Assembly: GCA_965279035.1 (NCBI GenBank)
Contig: OZ257142.1
Coordinates: forward strand, 556,491 to 620,490
DNA length: 64,000 nucleotides
Direction of reading: 5' to 3'
Source: Bacteroidia bacterium
Lineage (GTDB): Bacteria; Bacteroidota; Bacteroidia; M30B66
The translations under genes and the position numbers were made by a program. Of this stretch, positions 19,754-28,234 are shown one piece after another. The notes beneath the pieces are model-generated. The model saw nothing but the letters and a program-made list of their open reading frames with translations, was not told where the DNA came from and made no database searches. How positions within the stretch are numbered: the stretch's first letter is position 1; every line of letters begins with the position of its first letter.

Positions 19754-21124
19754 ATGGCTAAGATTAAAACAAGTTTTTACTGTCAGAGTTGTGGTCATGA
19801 ATCGCCCAAATGGCTGGGGAAATGTCCTAATTGCGGAGCATGGAACAGCTTTGCTGAAGAGTTGGTGCAGAAAGAAAAAGCAGCGAAAAGTTGGGTAAAA
19901 GGAGATCTTCCTGCTAAAGCGCCACAGCCTGTTCGTATTTCGGAAGTAGAACAACATGCCGAAGTTCGAATTGATATGGGCGACCAGGAATTGAACCGAA
20001 TATTAGGTGGTGGATTGGTGCCTGGATCGTTGATATTGTTAGGGGGCGAACCCGGAATTGGAAAATCAACCTTGATGCTGCAAGTGGCGGTTAAATCAAC
20101 ACGGTTGAAGGTATTGTATGTTTCTGGTGAAGAAAGCGAGCAGCAAATTCGCATGCGCGCCGAACGTATTGGAATTCAAAATACCGATTGTTTTGTGTTG
20201 GCCGAAACCGGGATGCAACGGATTTTCCAGCACATTCAAAAAGTTGAACCACAACTGCTGGTCATTGATTCAATCCAAACACTACAAACCGATACGATTG
20301 AATCTTCACCCGGAAGCGTTTCTCAAATACGAGAATGTACCGCCGAATTACTGCGTTATGCCAAGGAAAGCTCAACACCGGTCATGTTAATTGGCCACAT
20401 CACTAAAGATGGACAAATTGCCGGACCAAAAATCCTGGAACACATGGTAGATGTGGTTTTGCAGTTTGAAGGTGATCGCAATCATTTGTATCGCATTGTG
20501 CGTTCGGTGAAGAATCGTTTTGGCTCAACTGCCGAAATGGGTATTTACGAAATGGCAGGTGAAGGTTTACGTGAAGTGGAAAATCCTTCTCAAGTATTGC
20601 TTTCGCAACTCGATGAACCATTCTCCGGAATTGCAATATCTGCCACCATGGAAGGTGCTCGTCCGATGTTGGTAGAAACACAAGCATTAGTAAGCACGGC
20701 TGTTTATGGAACTCCCCAACGTTCTGGAACAGGTTTCGATTTACGTCGCTTGAATATGCTTTTGGCAGTGATAGAAAAGCGCTGCGGTTTTAAACTCGGT
20801 CAAAAGGATGTATTTCTCAATATCACTGGAGGAATTCGAGTAGAAGATCCTGCCATTGATTTAGGGGTAATCTGCGCAATACTTTCTTCGGATTTGAACA
20901 TGCCAATACCAACAAAGACCTGTTTTTGTGGTGAAGTAGGATTGAGTGGTGAAATTCGTCCGGTTAGCCGCTTAGAACAACGCATTGCAGAAGCAGCACG
21001 CATGGGCTTTGCGCAAATTCTGGTGTCGGATTACAATTTAAAAGGAATCAACACCGGGAAATTTGGCATTCGTGTTATCCCAGTGAAGAAGATTGAAGAA
21101 GCTTTTCAAGTGCTTTACGGATAA
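19754..21124 (+). CDS. radA: DNA repair protein RadA
   Basis: 456 aa with the N-terminal zinc finger CQSCGHESPKWLGKCPNCGAW, Walker A GEPGIGKST and a Lon-like C-domain. Confidence 0.95.
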   Translation: MAKIKTSFYCQSCGHESPKWLGKCPNCGAWNSFAEELVQKEKAAKSWVKGDLPAKAPQPVRISEVEQHAEVRIDMGDQELNRILGGGLVPGSLILLGGEPGIGKSTLMLQVAVKSTRLKVLYVSGEESEQQIRMRAERIGIQNTDCFVLAETGMQRIFQHIQKVEPQLLVIDSIQTLQTDTIESSPGSVSQIRECTAELLRYAKESSTPVMLIGHITKDGQIAGPKILEHMVDVVLQFEGDRNHLYRIVRSVKNRFGSTAEMGIYEMAGEGLREVENPSQVLLSQLDEPFSGIAISATMEGARPMLVETQALVSTAVYGTPQRSGTGFDLRRLNMLLAVIEKRCGFKLGQKDVFLNITGGIRVEDPAIDLGVICAILSSDLNMPIPTKTCFCGEVGLSGEIRPVSRLEQRIAEAARMGFAQILVSDYNLKGINTGKFGIRVIPVKKIEEAFQVLYG

Positions 21125-21147
21125 TGATGATTAACTAATTTTGAAAT

Positions 21148-21354
21148 ATGGATTTTCGATTAGATAAAACAAGTTTTAGCCTACAGACACTAGAAAACCA
21201 AGGCAAAAACAAGACATATTGGTTAGAGAAATCAGCAGATGAACGTTTTGCTGCTTCTGCATTTTTAATTGCGAATGCTTTCGGAATAGATTTGAAAAAA
21301 TTACCTAGAATGGATAAAACTGTTTTTTCAATTCGTAAACTAAAAGACCTTTAG
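21148..21354 (+). CDS. Small hypothetical protein
   Basis: 68 aa ORF in an otherwise empty intergenic gap, with no recognisable domain. Confidence 0.3.
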   Translation: MDFRLDKTSFSLQTLENQGKNKTYWLEKSADERFAASAFLIANAFGIDLKKLPRMDKTVFSIRKLKDL

Positions 21355-21362
21355 ATTCTATA

Positions 21363-23006
21363 TCAATCCTTCCAGAACTTGCGGCCATGTTCATCTACAT
21401 AGCCCATTGGTATTCCTTTTTCATCCACTAAAAGCATTAGGAAATAATTGGCTGTGGATTTTTCTCTTTTCAGGTGAAATATCGTGCGCGGTTGATAATC
21501 AAATTGAGGTTCAAAAAGCTGACGAGGATAACGGGTGTCGGAGTTATGATCGCGATCGAAAAACAAACCATATTTCCCATTTTTCATTAAGACCATACAA
21601 TCTGTAGTTCCGGATTTCCTTGCTAAGTAAATGCTGTCATACGCAAAAGGCAATTGTTGCTCGTTATTAGCATTTATTAGTCCCCATTGATTATCTTTTT
21701 TCGCAATGAGATACATGTATGGTGCTGTTAATGACGCATTAGCAGGTGTGTTTTCAAAATTGATGATCTGTTCAAAATCTTGTGGTAAATGGGTATTCCC
21801 GTTTTCATCTAGAGTTCCCAAACGCCATGAACCATCGCTGGCTTTATCACCAACAAGAAAATGATGCAATCCTTTCTGTGCAGCCGAAAACAAGAGAATA
21901 GAATCATGATAAACAGGTTCAATTTTCTCATCAGTCAGCAAACCCTTCTTGTCTTTGTAATTAAATAAAACCGCATTGGCGCGAGACATTCGTATGTTCT
22001 CTTCGGTGAGTGTTACATAGCTGAAATACTTGACAATTTCAGGCTTCGTACTTCCCTCGGGAAGATGAATGGGATTCCGAACAAATTGAGGAGGACGACT
22101 GCCTCGAAAATCCCCATACATATAGCGACAAAACAGCGTATCGTTCTTGATTTCGAATGATTTATTGATCGTTTGAATGGTAGAAATAGTTTCTTCGGAT
22201 TCTTGTTGTTCAGTCCCAACAGTACTTATATATTCACGCTCACCTACGTATCCAGATCCATTTCCAACATATCCCATTTCATCATTGCCATTGCTTTTTT
22301 CTACTTTGGGATTCGTGCTTAGATACGTTTCCATAAACACTTTCGTAGCTAGGTCATATGTTAAAGTTTGGATGTACTCGGTTTGAGGTTCTTCTTTTCC
22401 TTTTCGTTCAAACAAGATGGTTTGGTCGCTTTTAGAAACACTATAGCGAATGCTAATGCAGTCTTTATACAACCAACCCGACTTGGCTGGTTCGTTTAAG
22501 TAATAACAGAAAATAGCTTTGAGTTTATCCGGTTGAGTGCATTTTATGAAGACGACTTCTGGCTTACCTGTTTTTGGATTTTCATACGACCAAATAGCTT
22601 GTTCAATGGTGCATGAATCTTTTATAACCAGCTTTCCTTCTAGGTTATAAAAAACCGGATTGCTATTTTTATTCGGCGCTGCACCAAATAGAATTCCGTC
22701 GAAACATTCGATTACTCCATGTATAGGAGGAATAATTTCTTTATTACTAATAATACCTAGTAAAGAATCTTTCACCACATAAAAATATCCTGTAGGCAAA
22801 GTGAATTTGCTCTTTTTCTTCTGCGAATTAAATTCAATGTAATCGTATTTGGGTGCGACAATGATTTTACCTGTCGTGTCGGCCATTCCCCATAGCTTTC
22901 CTTGTCGATAAGGAATAAGTTGTTGATGCTTTTGCGCCTTTAAAGGGAGGAAGGAAAGCAGAAGAATTATAACTAGAATTAGATTTCGAAAGAGCATAAA
23001 TGACAA
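21363..23006 (-). CDS. WG repeat-containing secreted protein
   Basis: Signal peptide followed by repeated KLWGMADTTGKIIVAPKYDYI and QWGLINANNEQQLPFAYDSI type WG beta-repeats. Confidence 0.7.
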   Translation of the reverse strand: MSFMLFRNLILVIILLLSFLPLKAQKHQQLIPYRQGKLWGMADTTGKIIVAPKYDYIEFNSQKKKSKFTLPTGYFYVVKDSLLGIISNKEIIPPIHGVIECFDGILFGAAPNKNSNPVFYNLEGKLVIKDSCTIEQAIWSYENPKTGKPEVVFIKCTQPDKLKAIFCYYLNEPAKSGWLYKDCISIRYSVSKSDQTILFERKGKEEPQTEYIQTLTYDLATKVFMETYLSTNPKVEKSNGNDEMGYVGNGSGYVGEREYISTVGTEQQESEETISTIQTINKSFEIKNDTLFCRYMYGDFRGSRPPQFVRNPIHLPEGSTKPEIVKYFSYVTLTEENIRMSRANAVLFNYKDKKGLLTDEKIEPVYHDSILLFSAAQKGLHHFLVGDKASDGSWRLGTLDENGNTHLPQDFEQIINFENTPANASLTAPYMYLIAKKDNQWGLINANNEQQLPFAYDSIYLARKSGTTDCMVLMKNGKYGLFFDRDHNSDTRYPRQLFEPQFDYQPRTIFHLKREKSTANYFLMLLVDEKGIPMGYVDEHGRKFWKD

Positions 23007-23058
23007 TGAGCGGCGAAGTTAAGTCGAAACGAACTCAAATGAACTTTTCAAAAAAATT

Positions 23059-23073
23059 AGCAAATAGCGCCTG
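23059..23073 (+). repeat. 15-nt motif AGCAAATAGCGCCTG (copy 1, upstream of the T9SS gene)
   Basis: Exact copy recurs at 25051-25065. A variant GCGAATAGCGCGGGC is at 25077-25091. Confidence 0.5.
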
Positions 23074-23102
23074 CTCATCTTATCTTTCGGTTCCATCATT
23101 CT

Positions 23103-25028
23103 ATGATTAAACAACTCTGCATTTTCGCGCTGCTCCTTTTCGCTTTCATTTCCAACTGCACGTTTGCTCAATCGGCAAAACCCGAATGGTTGTATATTAT
23201 TGATGGTTACAACGACACGTTTGTAAGTGATTTGGAGGTAGATAAAGAAGGAAATACCTATGTGGCTGTTAACTATTGCGGGGCGCTAACTGTAAGTGGC
23301 TTGAATAAGAAAAAGCCACCATCTGGGCATGTTCATGGCTTATTGATTAAGTTGAATAAAAATGGAAAACCACTTTGGGCGCATGGTTTTAAAAGTGCTT
23401 ACGATAACCGAATTAATGATTTGTCGATTGCTCCTGATGGCGATGTGCTCTTTACAGGATTTGGTGATGGAGTGATGAGTTTTCCGGGATTGAGTGATAC
23501 ACTAAAATGCGGTAGAGAACGCGAGAAAAATGGCTACCATTATCCGCAAGCGGTTTACGCTGCTCGTTACTCACCCAAAGGAGAACGCATTTGGGCGCAT
23601 TTCTGGAATACAGGTTGGGCCGAAGGAATGAGCATTGCCGCAAATAGTAAAGAGGAAGTGTATTTCAGCTTTTATCATCGGGGAAGCTTGAGAAATAATG
23701 AAATGCTGATAGATTCTTTTCCCATAGTTCCAAAGCTTTCGGCAATGGTTTCGTATGCACACATCGATAAAGATGGAAAGTTGGTCAAGATTCATCATTT
23801 CGATTTTCAGGAAACGAGTAGTAGTGCACTAACGCCGCATTTGAAGTTCGATCAAAACGATAATTTATTCTTGTATGGTGCTTTCAAAGGCAAGGTGAAG
23901 TTCAGCGAAAAGGATTCGCTCACAAATGATTCGTATTATGAAAGCAACGATTCCTATATCGTGAAATACAATCCAGCTGGTGAATTACTGTGGAAGAAGA
24001 AGATTGGAGGACAAAATGGACAATGGATTAAGGAAATTCAATTTGGGGAAGATGGATCCGTTTACGCAACAGGAGAATTTAGCTATGAATGCACAATAGG
24101 CGATGGGATTAGTTTGACTCAGAAGAGCAAATACGAATATAAATCGGGCGATAGCTTTATGTATTTCAAGTTGGCTGCCGATGGTGAGCTGGTCTTTACC
24201 CGTTTCGAAGAACAAGGGAATTACGGCACTTATTTTACGGGAAGATCAATTGCACTTGATCCAAATGGAGAATCGCATGTTGTTGGTTATTACACAGATA
24301 CTATTCAACTGGATGGGTTTTTTCTTCCGGGAATTTCGCGAACGAATCAGATGTTTTACAGTAGATGGCAGGAAGATAAATTAGTGGAACTTGAAAATGT
24401 GGGGAATAACAATCGATACGGGCTTAGTCCCATGCGCATTGGGTTTGGACCAACAGGACAGTTTGCTGTTACAGGAGTTTATAATGATAAAAGCTGTTCT
24501 ATCACTATTCAAGGACAAGAAAGGAAGTTTGGGAAATACGAATATGGCAATGCCACGTTTGTGTATGGAGGAAGTATTCCTGTTTTAAGAAAAACGGAGC
24601 CTTCATTATTGGCAACAAAGACGAAACGAATCAATCACTTAGAAACGTTGAAGCCTTTGTTAGCATGCCTAAATCCTCAGGAAAATGGCATTCCCAATGT
24701 TTGGTTTCCAACTACCGATTCTATCCCATCACGCCAAACATGGTTAAGTGAATCTCCTTGCGGAAGAGAAATAATTCAGTTAGAAGCGAGTTTGTATCCC
24801 AATCCAAGCGCGGGACAAAGCACCTTGAAACTAAATGGAATGCTTGGTGGTCAAGTCCAACTGGATGTGTTTTCGGAAAACGGAGCATTACTTTTTTCTC
24901 AACGATTGACGGTGCCGAGTAACGAATATTTACAAGAACTTGATTTGAGTTCTGCAGCACCCGGAATTTACTTCGTACGCATTGTCCATGGCGGTTTTGA
25001 AAAAGCGATACGGATGGTGAAGATTTGA
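23103..25028 (+). CDS. T9SS type A sorting domain-containing secreted beta-propeller (SBBP-like) protein
   Basis: Signal peptide, and a C-terminal LYPNPSAGQSTLKL...GIYFVRIVHGGFEKAIRMVKI Por secretion CTD. Confidence 0.8.
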   Translation: MIKQLCIFALLLFAFISNCTFAQSAKPEWLYIIDGYNDTFVSDLEVDKEGNTYVAVNYCGALTVSGLNKKKPPSGHVHGLLIKLNKNGKPLWAHGFKSAYDNRINDLSIAPDGDVLFTGFGDGVMSFPGLSDTLKCGREREKNGYHYPQAVYAARYSPKGERIWAHFWNTGWAEGMSIAANSKEEVYFSFYHRGSLRNNEMLIDSFPIVPKLSAMVSYAHIDKDGKLVKIHHFDFQETSSSALTPHLKFDQNDNLFLYGAFKGKVKFSEKDSLTNDSYYESNDSYIVKYNPAGELLWKKKIGGQNGQWIKEIQFGEDGSVYATGEFSYECTIGDGISLTQKSKYEYKSGDSFMYFKLAADGELVFTRFEEQGNYGTYFTGRSIALDPNGESHVVGYYTDTIQLDGFFLPGISRTNQMFYSRWQEDKLVELENVGNNNRYGLSPMRIGFGPTGQFAVTGVYNDKSCSITIQGQERKFGKYEYGNATFVYGGSIPVLRKTEPSLLATKTKRINHLETLKPLLACLNPQENGIPNVWFPTTDSIPSRQTWLSESPCGREIIQLEASLYPNPSAGQSTLKLNGMLGGQVQLDVFSENGALLFSQRLTVPSNEYLQELDLSSAAPGIYFVRIVHGGFEKAIRMVKI

Positions 25029-25050
25029 GTAAACACGCAAAAGCGACAGC

Positions 25051-25091
25051 AGCAAATAGCGCCTGAAAGGACTATTGCGAATAGCGCGGGC
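25051..25091 (+). repeat. 15-nt motif AGCAAATAGCGCCTG (copy 2) plus a degenerate third copy, downstream of the T9SS gene
   Basis: Read directly in the sequence. Confidence 0.5.
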
Positions 25092-25145
25092 CGCCCGAAA
25101 TGCTGGAACAATAACAAAGTGTAGAGGCGGCTTTGCCCTACAAAA

Positions 25146-25568
25146 TCAATCGATTGTCGCGATAACTTTGAGTTCGATGGCGATTGGAGTAGGTAAGCAA
25201 TTGATTTCGATGGTAGTACGGCAAGGCAAGTTATCCTTGAAAAACTCAGCGTAGATGCGATTGTAGGTGGGAAAATCGGCTTTCATGTTGGTGAGAAAAA
25301 CCGTTACATCCACGATTTTATCCCATGAAGAGCCACAATCTTCAAGTATGTAACGAATGTTATTGAACACCGAACGGCACTGTGTTTCAATATCGTAGCT
25401 ACTGATTTCGCCTTGCTCGTTCAATTCTACACCCGGAATCTTTTTAGTTCCTCGTTCACGTGGACCAACACCAGAAAGAAAAAGTAAGTTTCCAACTTTA
25501 CGTGCATGTGGATATAAACCTACCGGTTCGGGCGCTCTAGAAGAATTAAGTTTGTCGGATGTAGACAT
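25146..25568 (-). CDS. ridA: RidA family reactive-intermediate deaminase
   Basis: 140 aa with the YjgF/RidA fold signature (GPRERGT...VFLTNM). Confidence 0.85.
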   Translation of the reverse strand: MSTSDKLNSSRAPEPVGLYPHARKVGNLLFLSGVGPRERGTKKIPGVELNEQGEISSYDIETQCRSVFNNIRYILEDCGSSWDKIVDVTVFLTNMKADFPTYNRIYAEFFKDNLPCRTTIEINCLPTPIAIELKVIATID

Positions 25569-25615
25569 GGCTGAAAGCTTAAGGCTGCGAATTTAATTGG
25601 AAATTTGAGAAAGCA

Positions 25616-26911
25616 TTAGCCTTTTTTCTGAGCCTTAGCTGCAATGGCAGTGATGGCTTTTACGAGCACATCTAAATCGGCAAATGGTGTGTAAACATGC
25701 GGTGTAACACGCACTCCTGAGATATTATTCCAATCAATACCTACCGTATGAATTCCATAGGGTTTGAATAATTCGGGTTCAATCTCGGAAGGCTTCATTC
25801 CTTCGATGGAGAATAATCCAATAGCACCGCTGAATTGAGCCGATGCTGGTGTATGAACGGTTACCCCAGGAAGTGTTTTGACTTTTTCGGTCCAGTAGGT
25901 TTTGAGTTGGTGCAAACGTTCGAATTTTCGTGTGCTTCCGATTCCATTATGAAAATCAATGGCTCGTCCAATAGCTAATTCGGTAGGGAATGAACGTGTA
26001 CCCAAGGTTTCGAATTTACGGATGTCGTCACTTTCGGGTTTTTCACCGGGGAATAATGGGGCTAGATTGGCAATTCGATCTTTACGCACATAGAGCAATC
26101 CAGATCCAAACGGCGCGCAGAGCCATTTATGTAGACTGGTTCCGCAAAAATCGACCTGCAAATCGGGAATCTTGAAATCGAGATGAGCAAAGGAATGAGC
26201 ACTGTCGGAAATGGATAAGATTCCCTTTTCGCGTGCTTTTTGAGCAATTTTCGCCACCGGAATTACTTGTCCGTTCCAATTGATTAAGTGCGTAATATGT
26301 ACAACTTTGGTTTTAGAAGTAAATGCATCGGTGTAGCGTTTTGTGAGCTCATCGGCGTTTTCAGATGTGTTAGGATGTTCAACCCAAACGAGTTTGATTC
26401 CATCACGTTTCTCCCGCCATTTCCAGGCATTAATCATATTGGGATAATCCCATCTGCTCAACACAATTTCATCGCCTTTTTCCAATGGAAGTCCCATGAT
26501 AATGGTTCCCAACGCCTCGGTTGCATTTCGGTTAATTGCTAGTTCATCGGCCGAACAGCCGGCTAACTCTGCCAAAGAATTTCGAAGTGGCTCACGACCT
26601 TGGTCTAATATGCGCCACATGTAATACGATGGTCCTTCGTTACTTAAGCGATTGAAGTTTTCGAATGTTTCCTGTACCACTTTAGGCTGCGGACTAACAC
26701 CTCCATTGTTGAGGTTGATGATATTAGGTGATACTGAATAGGATTGTTGAATTCGGTACCAGAAATCCTCGTCATTTTCAACTTGATTTAAAGAAAATGA
26801 ATCGAAATGTGTATCTAATTCAGCCGCTTCAAGTGTATTCCATTGCTGAAGGAATGGTAGCGAAAGTGCAGAAATACCTACGTTTTTAAGAAAGGAGCGG
26901 CGAGGAGTCAT
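25616..26911 (-). CDS. Tat-exported class V-fold PLP-dependent aminotransferase (isopenicillin-N epimerase-like)
   Basis: Twin-arginine motif TPRRSFLKNVG at the N-terminus and an AAT class V fold (SDSAHSF, SLHKWL lysine). Confidence 0.8.
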   Translation of the reverse strand: MTPRRSFLKNVGISALSLPFLQQWNTLEAAELDTHFDSFSLNQVENDEDFWYRIQQSYSVSPNIINLNNGGVSPQPKVVQETFENFNRLSNEGPSYYMWRILDQGREPLRNSLAELAGCSADELAINRNATEALGTIIMGLPLEKGDEIVLSRWDYPNMINAWKWREKRDGIKLVWVEHPNTSENADELTKRYTDAFTSKTKVVHITHLINWNGQVIPVAKIAQKAREKGILSISDSAHSFAHLDFKIPDLQVDFCGTSLHKWLCAPFGSGLLYVRKDRIANLAPLFPGEKPESDDIRKFETLGTRSFPTELAIGRAIDFHNGIGSTRKFERLHQLKTYWTEKVKTLPGVTVHTPASAQFSGAIGLFSIEGMKPSEIEPELFKPYGIHTVGIDWNNISGVRVTPHVYTPFADLDVLVKAITAIAAKAQKKG

Positions 26912-27045
26912 GGAATCGAGGCTTAGTATTTTATAAAAATAGAATTATATCCAGAAGAAAATAGTCTTAGTTAGGAGGGATGAATAAGTTATATTATTGA
27001 TTCGATAAAAAATCTGGAAATTAATACGGGAAGCTATTGCCGTAA

Positions 27046-27075
27046 ATGAAAAAAGCAACACGATTGTGCTGCTTT
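27046..27075 (-). terminator. Rho-independent terminator of tRNA-Ala (hairpin 27054-27074, T-run on the minus strand)
   Basis: The reverse complement reads AAGCAGCACAATCGTGTTGCTTTTTTC. Confidence 0.55.
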
Positions 27076-27078
27076 AGT

Positions 27079-27151
27079 GGAGAATACCGGATTCGAACCG
27101 GTCGCCTCTTGCCTGCCAGGCAAGCGCTCTAGCCAAATGAGCTAATTCCCC
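27079..27151 (-). tRNA. tRNA-Ala (anticodon GGC)
   Basis: Reverse complement GGGGAATTAGCTCATTTGGCTAGAGCGCTTGCCTGGCAGGCAAGAGGCGACCGGTTCGAATCCGGTATTCTCCA. It forms a cloverleaf with G3:U70, anticodon loop CTGGCAG and a T-arm GGTTCGAATCC. CCA is not encoded. Confidence 0.85.
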
Positions 27152-27160
27152 TTTATTTCA

Positions 27161-27238
27161 ATCTCATTCTGGTCGCATTCCCGATTTTACATCGGGACGC
27201 TCTAGCCATCCCGATAACTATCGGGAGAGCTAATTCCC
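27161..27238 (-). pseudogene. Decayed tandem copy of the tRNA-Ala 5' half, interrupted by two copies of a TCCCGAT-N4-5-ATCGGGA palindrome
   Basis: Reverse complement GGGAATTAGCTC[TCCCGATAGTTATCGGGA]TGGCTAGAGCG[TCCCGATGTAAAATCGGGA]ATGCGACCAGAATGAGAT. The acceptor and D-arm segments are identical to the intact tRNA, and the rest has degenerated. Confidence 0.6.
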
Positions 27239-27322
27239 TTATTGAAGGATGGCAAAAGTAGAAAAAAATAGATACTGCTGATTATCCAACTTTGGAATGT
27301 TGAGGTACTTACTTGTTCTTAA

Positions 27323-28192
27323 ATGTATATTGCATTTTCCTATATGATTCCCCACTCCATTCTATCTCAATTAAGCGATGCTCCAGTCGTTTCTCAATCT
27401 CCCGTCAATGGTGGTTCGATAAACGAGTGCTTTCAAGTTGATTTGGCAGATGGGCAATCGTTTTTTCTCAAACGAAATAAGCTAAAGGAATTTCCGGGGA
27501 TGTTTCTAGCCGAGAAAAAAGGGCTGGAATTGTTGGCTCAATCGGGAGCTCCAACACCTCAAGTCTTGGCCTGTTGGGAGGAAGAACCTCATCAATTTCT
27601 TTTGCAAGAATTTCTTGAACCACAAATTTCAACCAATACAGGCTGGGAAAATGCCGGCGCACTTTTGGCTCATCTTCATCAAACAACTTCAGAAACATTT
27701 GGGCTCGATCACAGCAATTATATGGGAAGTTTGATGCAGCGCAATAATTTCTGCAACAGTTTTCATGAGTTCTTCATTGTGTATCGTTTAGGAGATCAAA
27801 TTCGAATTGCACGAGATGCTAAGTGGCTTGATTCTTCTCATGTAAAAGCATTTGATCGTTTGTTTCTTCGTTTTGAAGATCTCATACCTTCAGAGAAACC
27901 GGCACTCATTCATGGAGATTTATGGACAGGAAACATTCATGAAACCAAGCAAGGAATTTACTTTATTGATCCAGCCATTGCTTTTAGTCACCGTGAAACG
28001 GATATCGCTATGACTCAACTTTTTGGGAACTTACCTGAGGCGTTTTACCGAAGCTATCACGAAACTCTTCCGCTTGAAAATGGTTGGCAGGATCGTGTTC
28101 CCATTTTTAACCTCTATCCATTACTTATCCATTTGAATTTATTTGGATACACGTATTTACGAAGCATAGAAGAAGTCTTGAGGCGTTTTTAA
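27323..28192 (+). CDS. Fructosamine/ketosamine-3-kinase family protein
   Basis: 289 aa with LIHGDLWTGN and FIDPA motifs of the fructosamine kinase / APH-like family. Confidence 0.85.
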   Translation: MYIAFSYMIPHSILSQLSDAPVVSQSPVNGGSINECFQVDLADGQSFFLKRNKLKEFPGMFLAEKKGLELLAQSGAPTPQVLACWEEEPHQFLLQEFLEPQISTNTGWENAGALLAHLHQTTSETFGLDHSNYMGSLMQRNNFCNSFHEFFIVYRLGDQIRIARDAKWLDSSHVKAFDRLFLRFEDLIPSEKPALIHGDLWTGNIHETKQGIYFIDPAIAFSHRETDIAMTQLFGNLPEAFYRSYHETLPLENGWQDRVPIFNLYPLLIHLNLFGYTYLRSIEEVLRRF

Positions 28193-28234
28193 GTCCAAGT
28201 TTTTCACAAACAAAATTTTGCTTAGGTTAGGCTC

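Noticed and set aside
27161-27238. Second functional tRNA (with intron) next to tRNA-Ala
   Set aside because: The sequence after the D-arm lacks a pairable T-arm and a 3' acceptor strand. Only the 5' half is conserved, so it is called as a degenerate copy rather than a gene.
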